From Balanoglossus misakiensis (lineage: Eukaryota > Animalia > Hemichordata): DNA of 64,000 nucleotides. The notes beneath the pieces are model-generated. The model was not told the DNA's origin and did no database searches. It worked only from the letters and a program-made list of their open reading frames with translations. The stretch is taken from the NCBI GenBank assembly GCA_040954595.2, contig CM082585.2, positions 9,908,564 to 9,972,563 of the forward strand, read 5' to 3'. This document shows, in pieces, positions 54,801 through 64,000 of the stretch (the first letter of the stretch is position 1; each line of letters starts with the position of its first letter). The translations under genes were made by a program, and so were the position numbers.

Positions 54801-57800
54801 TAAAGGGTTCACACTACAAAAGAAAGCAACTGTTCTGTGGTATCACATCACCCGATCCCTATTGCAGACAATGGTTTATCAAGTGAGTAAGGGTTGGCAA
54901 TTGGTCTCGTATTACGCAAGTCGGTAATGCGACGTACCAAGTAGGCGTAGGATTGGATTAATGATATAGGGTATATGTGATACACCGCTATAGTAAACGC
55001 TATTACGAAATAGGTCAGTTTCCCCGAGTATGTAGGAGTTACCAAGAAAGATAGGATTACCGGAGTAGGATTGGAAGCATCCACAGTGCCCGTTGGTTGC
55101 CATAGAGACTATTACCAGGTCTTTAACTACAAAGTAGGCAAGGATTATCCAATGGTTAGGTAGCTGTTCTAGTCATGGTGGCAGTCTTGGATAGTACTGT
55201 ACTTATTTGCAATAATTCTGTGGAAATAAAATAAAGTGTTTTTTTTTTCTCTTACAGGGGAAACACAAAGCTGCAAAAGAAGCGTACGAGCAACTTCTAG
55301 AAACCCCATCACTTCCAAATTCTATCAAAGCAAATACTTTAAGGCAATTAGGTAAGATGACGTTATTCTTGGAGCTGCTTATTCTATTTCTGGGTCAAAA
55401 ACTGCAGGAAATGTTTTGACTGGGGAAAAGTCATCTATCTTTGTGACAGAACTGCGACTCCAGTTGTGTACAAAAATGGTCACAATGTTTTGTGCCCTTG
55501 AGCAAAGCGCTTCTTATTGCTTTTCCCTTTTCCAGGAGTGGTCGTAATACCTCAAAAATCAATTATGCAAAAATTAATTAACAAATTCTTTTTTCCTTTC
55601 AGGCTGGTTGCATCACACGTCCGAGCAGCTCGGAGAGAAAGCAGCCAGAGAGGCCTATGCGATCCAGTGCCTCTTGAAGTCCATAGAGTCTGATGCCAAC
55701 AGCGGACAATCGTGGTATTTTCTGGGTCGGTGCTACTCGTGTGTCGGCAAGGTTCATGATGCTTTTGTATCGTACAGACATTCCATTGACAAATCAGAGG
55801 CCAGTGCTGATACCTGGTGCTCTATAGGGTGAGTGAGAGGATTCACACCTGGTGGTTGTTTCTAGGGTTCAGCAGGTGTGCATGCACCTGGTTACTGTAT
55901 GGGGTGGGGAAAACCAACATAGACAAAACTGTGGATGGCCACTAAGAAAAACTAACAGTAATGTGTTTTGGTGTTCTCCCTTCAGCGTTCTCTATCAACA
56001 GCAGAACCAGCCTATGGACGCATTGCAGGCGTATATATGTGCAGTACAACTTGACCGTTCACACGTTGCAGCTTGGACCGATCTTGGTATCCTCTACGAA
56101 GCCTGCAATCAGCCCAGGTAAGTCAGAACTGTGCAGTTATCAGTTCTGACCTAGGTACTTCATGAGAATTCTCCATGTGTGTTTTTGAGAAATATTTCCG
56201 AGAACCAGAAATGGAAACGTTTTCTAAAAAAAGTTTCGTTGAATATTTCAGAGACGCACTGACGTGCTACATCAACGCCTCCAAAAACAAGAATTGCTCT
56301 CCAGCTTTGCTATCCAGGATAAAGGTTTTACAGTCACAAATGAATGCTGTAACAACTGCAAACCTTCAAAACAAGTAAGTGGGAGAGAGAGAGAAATCGG
56401 CCATTTTTACCCGTCCTTCAAGGATTTAAATTGCAGGCTGGACTCCAGTCCTCCACTGGATTGGCCAGATCATAATGAATTGGACTGGTACATTAGGGAA
56501 GAGGGAGTGTGTTAAAGTAGTGAATTTTCCCACCCAGGGCACTTAATGCATGTGCATACACTACACTGTTGGAATACATCCATACATGCATATTTTCATA
56601 TACACGAAACAAGCACACCTACATACGTATCAAGCTACATCTTAGTACAAAGCACATACATTCTGTGCAGAGGAAGGAATATTTATATCACAGCTAAAGA
56701 AATAATGTCTAAAAACTAAAACAGCTGGCCGTGCAGATTTATGATCAGGCAGATAGACTGACCTTTGGTCACTCGGCGGTGAGGTTTCGACAAAGGATGT
56801 GGGACAGAGTTGACCAGATGCCCTTGTTAGTTAGTGAAGGTTGTGTCGGCCACCTACGAGTTTTCACTCCTTGTTTGGGTGAACTCGATATGAACCCATT
56901 GTTTTTAATGTTCATTTCGAAGCTCAGTGGTAATAAAGTAATGGCCGGGGTCAGAGTACAGGGACACTCCTCACAAATCGTTGGGAGTGTAAGACCAGCT
57001 ATAGAAATAAATCTGTCTGCAGTAGTAAATTTGAATGATTTAGCTGAGATAGCCAGGGCTTCACCTGTTGGTCACACCTCACAAAATATATTCGTACAAC
57101 AAGCGCTTAGTGGCAACTCCAGTTTGCCCTGTCTCCGGGGTTCAGTCAGATCTAAATTTGTCTTGCCAGTTGTCCTTTTGTGGAAAATCTTATTGTATGT
57201 CATTGTGGGTATTTCCTTTGGTATGCAAATCAGGTCAAGGTCAGAATAGCAGTGAAATTGATCCAACTTAGTCTTTCTTAATATTGCTGTTTGCTGTCCC
57301 AATTCAAATGTCAGTAGTTGTTTGAAGTCGTGTGCAGAAAGAGGAAACAAAGTTTGTTTATTCAATCACTTGACACATTCTACCCAGACAGTTACAACAG
57401 CATCTGTTTCTCTCTCTCTCCTCCCAGACCAAAAATGCTGCCCAGTATTGAGGAAGCCTGGAGTCTTCCTATTCCAGCTGAGCTGACATCACGACAGGGG
57501 GCACCAGGCACCCCACAGCAGGTATGCACTTGAAGCACACACGCTCATTTGGGGAAGGACGCCCTCTAACTTGGTAAAATGAACTCTAGAGGGAGCTGGT
57601 TCTCTGGTTTACTTTCTGAAATGTGAATGGGATCTGCTAGTGATTTCTAGCTTACAGTTGCTAGCATTAAATTACAATGCTGATGGGTGGCGATGATGAC
57701 ACACATTGACTTGAACAAATCGTGATTTTCTAATATACGCTCTGAGCCACCTTCAAAATAATCAGATAGTTGACACTGAACTAATTTAGACTACAGTGAA

Positions 57801-60800
57801 ACCTGCCTATTAAGGACACCTCTTTGACCAGAAAATACAATGTATGTCCATATAAGAGAGGTGTCCTGATCAGACAGGTGTCCATAATGACAGGTTTCAC
57901 TGTAATTCCAAATCCATGCAACACGACTAACTTTGTTTTGGTTGTTTCCACCCACCAACAGGGAAAGGTGATCCCACAGATGACCATGGCCAAAAGCATG
58001 CCTCCACTTCCCAGTCCCATCATGCAAAGCAGCTTACAGAACAGTCTGCAGACGCTGGGCAACTTGCAGACCCCGTACCTGGGTCCCAACTTGTCAAACT
58101 GTATGACGCCGCAGATCATGAACGCCCAGCTGCAGCCTCAGCCTCAGCCACAGGAGGAGATGGTGGCTCCCCCAAAGAGACGGAAAAATTCAAAGAAACA
58201 GGTACGCGATGTGCTGCACTCGTACAATTTGGAGATTTGTTCAAATTTCTTGGGACAGTCTTAACGTCAGAAATTGAATATTGCCAACTGTGAACACATG
58301 TTTCAAGCACCTCCTTCTGGTGATGTTTTGCCTGAACTGTTTCTGTTTGCCTCCACAGCAAGCTTCCACGCCGACTCCTCCCATCCAACAGTGGAACTTC
58401 CAACCCACAGGATTTGCACAGCCGCAGTCGTTTCTGCTGACGCCGCAGCAGCTGCAGTTGTTGAAGCACCTGCAGCAGAACCGGCAGACGCTGGACCCCA
58501 ACCAGCAGTTGTTGCTGCAGCAGTTGGAACAGCAGCTCCGCATGCAGCACCAGCAGCAGACAACGTTCACCAAAATGGCGCAGCAGCCCGGCATGCAGCA
58601 GCAGATCAACCTGCTGCAGCAAGGCGGCGGACAGCAACAGCAGCAGCAGCAACAGTTTGTGGGGAACTTGCAAGGGAACATGCAGAACGCCGTGCGGAGT
58701 ATGCCTGGAAATAGCAATATAATGAATCAAAATTTGCCAGGGAATTCTCTGAACACGTCAGTTGGCAGTGTGCCAGGGAGCATGAATATTATGGGAAACA
58801 CTGTGATGACCAGTGGTCTGTCGAATGTGCCCGGGAACATGAATATGGCCGGAAACGTTAGGCAGAACATGCCGACGAGCACTGGAATGAATATGCCCAC
58901 AAACATGATGCCGAATTTGCCAGGAATACTCCAGCAGTCGGGGATTTCGTCGCAGCCCGGTCAGACTCTGCCGACGTTGTCTGGAATTCCAAATTGTATC
59001 AGTTCAATGCAGCCTTCTCCTCAGCAAAACTTTCCAACATCGACGGGCGGCAATATGCTGAACTCGCCATTTTTGTCGACCTCGACCGTGGTGAACTCCT
59101 CACAGCCGCAGCCTTTCTTCATGGGTTCCATTGCGGCGACGCCCAGGCTGGGGAACCCCTCTTCCTCTATGGGATCGCCGATGATGTCGCCCGCCAATGC
59201 AAACATGGGAATGGGCTTTCCGCCGCCAAGTTCCACCCAAGGCACCCTGGGACCCATCCCTCAGCTTCACATGTCGAGCCACGCAGGGAGCATGGCCAAG
59301 ACGATGACGACATCAAGTGGAAGTGTGAACCCCTTTGAGGGGCCCCCTACGTCTATGCAAGGGACAGGCGGCGACCGAGTTGTTCCCAACGTCGACATCA
59401 GTCAGGTGCAGTCGCAGGGACCCAGTACGCCTTACCAGACTCAACCACGAAAAACGAACACCACTCTACCTCAGGCCAATGTATTCAACAACCAAGTTGC
59501 AAGTTTAATGAACCAAAATTTGAACACAAGCATTTCTCAGGGGATCTCTAGTTCCCAGTCGCCCCTCGGCACTCCCAGAAGCATGCCCCCCACTCCCCCC
59601 GTCGTGGCGAGCTCGTCTCAAAACCCCGTCCAGACCTACCCCAGCGGGATGGGTTTCCAAAGTGCAATGGCCAGTGACTTTGCCGCGCCCAACGTCACGG
59701 CCCCGCAAAGTACAGAGATGTTGCAGAAGGTGGCCGAGTTGAACACGCCGACGACCCCGCGAAACTTAATGTCCCCGCAGGCCATCGCCGACAGCATGTT
59801 GGCGCAGCTTGCGCACGGAGAACAGACGAGTCGAAGCAATCAGGTCACAGACAGGCAGGCCCCAGTGTTGAATGCCGCCCTTCACAGTCTGACGGACACT
59901 AACCCGACCCTGAAGAGTATCCCGAGTATTATCAATGCCAGCGGCGGCATCATCCCGCCCTGCTCGTCCGACATGCTCATCTTTTCCGCGTCGCAATCCC
60001 AGCCGGATACTACCTTCACAAACTCCACCCCGAGTCTCGCATCATTCCTCAGTCAGACCCACCAAAAGGACACGCCGGGAACTCTCAGCACTTTCTTAAG
60101 CCAAGCGGCCCTCGCTAAGGACCAGAGTTTAGGTAACTTGGGGAGCAGCCCCCACACAACGTCCGGGTCAAGTGTGACGTCCAGTGTGTTGAACTCTACG
60201 TTGGGATCTCCGGGGAGATTGCCAGCGAACTTGTTGTCCCCCAAGGGAGTGGATGTAACCCAGAACAGAGAGGGAGTCAGTAAGACAGAAAATCAGGGAA
60301 ATATGTCATCAGGAGTGCACAGCCTGCTCAGTACTACAGAGTCCAAAGTCATGCAGGAAAGAAATAGCTTAGAAAAGGTAAGTGTTCATCACTGATGGCT
60401 TGTTCAGCTGTTTGGCTGTGGGGTCATTTTATGTAACTGCCCTCTTTGGCTGAAAACCCTGTCAGCCCCAGTTTCCTATGTAGTATTCCAACTTAACATA
60501 GAGAACAATGGATTTGGACCAAACCATGGTGGTGAGAGGTTTAGAACAGAAAATGTTTCCAAGGTAAAATTTGATTAACCTCATCGTTTATCAATGTAAT
60601 CTTTTGCCACCCAGGCACTAACTGTGAACACGTTCAGCTCAGGCCAATCGACCATCAGCAGCAGCAGCGCCACCACAGGCGGTAGCAGGACGTCTCCCAG
60701 CTACACCTCGCCCGGATCACTGTCCATTTACTCCGACTCCAAGGAGATCATCGGCATGTGCAAGAGGGTGGGGAAGAACGGCCTCACCAACAACAGTATT

Positions 60801-63800
60801 CTGCTGGAGAAGCTGCCACCACCAACCCCTCCACCACCACCCTACCCACCCCTCCCGAAGGATAAACTCAGCCCACCAACTCCGACTGTTTATGTAAGTA
60901 TGCAAGTTCCTTGGAGATGATTTTATGTCAACAATAACAAGGATTTGGAACTGATAATTAAGAACAAAACATGAAACGATTTTTGGGCGTTATATGTATA
61001 TATATCATTGGGATCGGTTGTGTATGTCTGTATGTTATTGTATGTTTTAACTCTCAATGACCAGTTCGATCAACCTTTTTTTCATTCACAGCTTGAAAGC
61101 AAAAAAGATGCATTTTCACCAGCATTACAACAGTACTGTATCTCGCCAAATCAGCCAATCACAGTGGTGCGTGGCCTAGCTGCTGCCCTCAAGCTGGACC
61201 TTGGTCTCTTTTCAACCAAAACCTTAGTGGAAGCCAACGCTGACCATTTAGTTGAAGTTAGGACACAGGTAAGAGTCTTTTCACTTCGTTGCAAATTTTT
61301 AAAACAAGAAATCCCTCAAATTAGTTTTATGTTTGTTAGAGGGCATACGGGTGATGGCGTTAAGACTCCTTATGTTGATGTTTAATTTGAATTTGATAGA
61401 GGCAGCAAGCAGCGGATGAGAACTGGGACGCGCAGGGGTTGAAGAAAGTGTGGAAATGCGACAGTAGTAGATCCTTCACAAGTATTGCCAAGTATGCACA
61501 GTATCAAGCATCATCATTCCAAGAATCACTTAGGGTAAGTCATTCCAGCACAATGCATGTTGGCCTTTTGTGTGTCCTTGAACTTTGAACTCTGACCTGA
61601 GTCATTTTGTTGAGGGCCATACACCCAAGTTCCACTTGACTGTAAAAGCATGCTGGAATTACAGTTGAAATACAGAATCTGAACAGAAACTCTGAATTCA
61701 TCAACTTCGCACTTTGATTGTGTCTGTCACAGGAAGAAGCAGAGAAAAATAAAATGAAAGACAAGCAACAAACGCATAATTTGCAGTTTGATCAGAATGA
61801 CAGCGACTCAGGATCTTCCACAACATCCAAGAGGTGAGTCAGAAATACAGGCACAATACACAAGGAGTACAGGCACAATACACAAGGAGTACAGGCACAA
61901 TACACAAGGAATACAGGCAAAATACACAAGGAGTACAGGCAAAATACACAAGGAGTACAGGCAAAATACACAAGGAGTACAGGCAAAATACACAAGGAGT
62001 ACAGGCAAAATACACAAGGAGTACAGGCAAAATACACAAGGAGTACAGGCAAAATACACAAGGAGTACAGGCACAATACACAAGGAGTACAGGCAAAATA
62101 CACAAGGAGTACAGGCAAAATACACAAGGAGTACAGGCAAAATACACAAGGAGTACGGGCACAATACACAAGGAGTACGGGCACAATACACTAGGAGTAC
62201 GGGCACAATACACAAGGAGTACGGGCACAATACACAAGGAGTACGGGCACAATACACAAGGAGTACGGGCAAAATACACAAGGAGTACGGGCAAAATACA
62301 CAAGGAGTACAGGCACAATACACAAGGAGTACGGGCAAAATACACAAGGAGTACAGGCAAAATACACAAGGAGTACAGGCAAAATACACAAGGAGTACAG
62401 GCACAATACACAAGGAGTACAGGCACAATACACAAGGAGTACAGGCACAATACACAAGGAGTACAGGCACAATACACAAGGAGTACAGGCACAATACACA
62501 AGGAGTACAGGCACAATACACAAGGAGTACAGGCACAATACACAAGGAGTACAGGCACAATACACAAGGAGTACAGGCACAATACACAAGGAGTACAGGC
62601 ACAATACACAAGGAGTACAGGCACAATACACAAGGAGTACAGGCACAATACACAAGGAGTACAGGCACAATACACAAGGAGTACAGGCAAAATACACAAG
62701 GAGTACAGGCACAATACACAAGGAGTACAGGCAAAATACACAAGGAGTACAGGCAAAATACACAAGGAGTACAGGCACAATACACAAGGAGTACAGGCAC
62801 AATACACAAGGAGTACAGGCACAATACACAAGGAGTACAGGCACAATACACAAGGAGTACAGGCACAATACACAAGGAGTACAGGCACAATACACAAGGA
62901 GTACAGGCACAATACACAAGGAGTACAGGCACAATACACAAGGAGTACAGGCACAATACACAAGGAATGCAGGCACAATACACAAGGAGTACAAGCAAAA
63001 TACATGTAGTATTATACAACCGTATTGATTTGTTTTTCAGTGGAAAGAAGAAAGTGACCGGGGGACGACAGTTCAAGTTGTTGAAGTTTGGTACAAATGT
63101 GGATTTGTCAGACGAAAAGAAGTAAGTTGTCATTTGTGAGAAATGATATAATGCAACAGAAAGCGTCGACATGCTATGTGATGTTTTGGGGTCTAAACAC
63201 TATACGTTTTGGTGTTTAGAAAGCACGAGATGCCAAAGGTTAATTGCAGGTTCGAAAAAAAGCACAAGATTACCCTTTTCAAGAAAACTCTGATGAAAAA
63301 AAAGTAAATTTTTCACCGTTTTTTTTTTCCTCAGGTGGAAACTTCAACTGCAGGAGTTGACGAAACTGCCTGTGTTTACTCGAGTGGTATCGGCAGCCAA
63401 TATGTTGAGTCACGTGGGTCATACTATACTGGGGATGAACTCAGTACAGCTCTACATGAAAGTACCAGGGAGTCGGACGCCGGGACATCAAGAAAACAAC
63501 AACTCTTGTTCGGTCAACATCAACATCGGGCCGGGAGACTGCGAGTGGTTCGCTGTGCCCGAACCCTACTGGGGCGTTATTCACAATTTCTGTGAAAAGT
63601 GAGTTTTCTCAAGACTGAAGTTGCTCAGTCTTTCAAAGTCTTTCTCGGTGTCCCCGTTTCACCCGTCTTGAGATTGGTTGACCAATGAATGTCTCTGTAC
63701 TAACAGTATTTCTCTTCCAGGCATGGAATAAACTACCTGATTGGTTCATGGTGGCCTATACTGGAAGACCTGTATGAAGAGAATGTACCGGTCTATAGGT

Positions 63801-63865
63801 TTATACAGAGACCTGGTGATCTAGTGTGGATCAATGCTGGTACTGTCCATTGGGTACAGGCTGTG
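24888..63865 (+). CDS. KDM6A: Lysine-specific demethylase 6A / UTX (TPR repeats, long low-complexity region, JmjC); 21 coding exons visible, 3' end lies beyond the window
   Basis: Exons 24888-24967, 25061-25127, 36596-36722, 36971-37020, 38253-38311, 54168-54343, 54624-54658, 55258-55351, 55603-55828, 55986-56117, 56252-56374, 57428-57521, 57962-58201, 58359-60377, 60615-60893, 61092-61268, 61400-61534, 61733-61833, 63041-63121, 63335-63598, 63721-63865 join in frame (1568 codons). TPR motifs ([39 protein letters not shown]), [15 protein letters not shown], and JmjC metal ligands GHQENN and VHWVQA. The TPR region identifies UTX rather than JMJD3. Confidence 0.97.
35598..35652. repeat. Compound trinucleotide microsatellite (CGT)n(CAT)n(CAC)n
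   Basis: Read directly from the sequence; it explains the poly-V/I/T/M ORFs here. Confidence 0.9.
37469..37485 (-). promoter_or_regulatory. Perfect DR5 nuclear-receptor element (RARE-type) in KDM6A intron 4
   Basis: TGACCT-ttcac-TGACCT, which reads AGGTCA-n5-AGGTCA on the minus strand. Motif match only. Confidence 0.45.
44266..44302. mobile_element. Truncated end of the same piggyBac-type MITE
   Basis: AATGGGTTTGGACTGAACCATGGTGGTGAAAGGGT is the reverse complement of 5905-5939. Confidence 0.7.
51358..51471. repeat. Degenerate tandem repeat of about 38 bp, three copies
   Basis: ATGTAATT...ACA...TGATAACT..GGT repeated three times. Confidence 0.6.
51907..51944 (+). promoter_or_regulatory. Composite nuclear-receptor response element (perfect DR5 plus DR1 plus everted half-site)
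   Basis: TGACCT-n8-AGGTCA-agaag-AGGTCA-g-AGTTCA. Motif match only; function untested. Confidence 0.5.
57686..57751 (+). ncRNA. Intronic box C/D snoRNA, SNORD54/U54-like, with 18S rRNA antisense element
   Basis: 6-bp terminal stem GGTGGC (57686-57691) / GCCACC (57746-57751); C box ATGATGA 57693-57699; D' TTGA 57711-57714; C'-like GTGATTT 57722-57728; D box CTGA 57742-57745. The 11-nt guide TAATATACGCT (57731-57741) is the reverse complement of the conserved 18S segment AGCGUAUAUUA. Same strand as the host, in KDM6A intron 12. Confidence 0.85.
57792..57904. mobile_element. Tc1/mariner-pogo-type MITE in KDM6A intron 12
   Basis: Terminal inverted repeats TA-CAGTGAAACCTG ... CAGGTTTCACTG-TA with TA flanks; internal GGACACC/GGTGTCC inverted motifs. 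Confidence 0.8.
60453..60543. mobile_element. Second copy of the 90-bp piggyBac-type MITE (opposite orientation)
   Basis: CAATGGATTTGGACCAAACCATGGTGGTGAGAGG is a near reverse complement of the 5' half of the 5902-5994 element; the left end CCCTGTCAGCCCCAGTTTCC matches its other half. Confidence 0.65.
61846..63004. repeat. 22-bp minisatellite, about 52 copies, filling KDM6A intron 18
   Basis: Unit GTACAGGCACAATACACAAGGA with GCAC/GCAA and ACAG/ACGG variants. It lies between the donor at 61834 and the acceptor at 63040. Confidence 0.98.
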
Positions 63866-64000
63866 GTACGTCTCAACCTTAAAACATTAATTGTACTGTC
63901 TGAGACACCTTGATAACAATAACTGTGTTCACAACTGAACCATAGCTCTAGTGTCTCAGGGAAAACATATTACAGTACAGCAGTGGTTTGTTCTGTTGAA

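Noticed and set aside
55450-55540. Possible SINE remnant (GTGCCCTTGAGCAA)
   Set aside because: Only a short motif is recognisable; boundaries, polymerase III boxes and tail cannot be supported.
58116-59996. Cys-rich, Leu-rich and Ala-rich ORFs overlapping the large KDM6A exon
   Set aside because: Alternative-frame and antisense shadows of CAG-rich coding sequence.
61846-63004. CRISPR-like array
   Set aside because: Units are contiguous with no unique spacers, the context is a eukaryotic intron, and there are no cas genes.
61788-63172. Six long ORFs (130-454 aa) on both strands with periodic sequence
   Set aside because: They result from a stop-free 22-bp minisatellite inside a GT-AG intron of KDM6A; the real frame stops at once if the intron is retained.

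Overview
Eukaryotic, intron-rich genomic DNA from an invertebrate bilaterian (species cannot be fixed from the sequence). I assembled six spliced protein-coding genes by hand from GT-AG junctions and reading-frame continuity: a SYCE1-like synaptonemal-complex gene (+, 942-3469), two tandem EFHC2 paralogues (-, 4593-12426 and 14393-18578), CMC4 (+, 19150-19521), one FUNDC1/2 gene (-, 20533-23818) and KDM6A/UTX (+, from 24888, continuing beyond the window). The order EFHC2-CMC4-FUNDC-KDM6A appears to combine two neighbourhoods that are separate in human (EFHC2-FUNDC1-KDM6A and FUNDC2-CMC4). The best unexplained signal is a compact box C/D snoRNA in KDM6A intron 12 that resembles SNORD54/U54, with its 18S guide shifted by 3 nt. 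KDM6A introns also carry several perfect nuclear-receptor direct repeats, RFX X-boxes, a candidate alternative first exon, MITEs and a 22-bp minisatellite that produces the spurious long ORFs at 61.8-63.2 kb. All homology calls are from recognition and memory; no searches were run.
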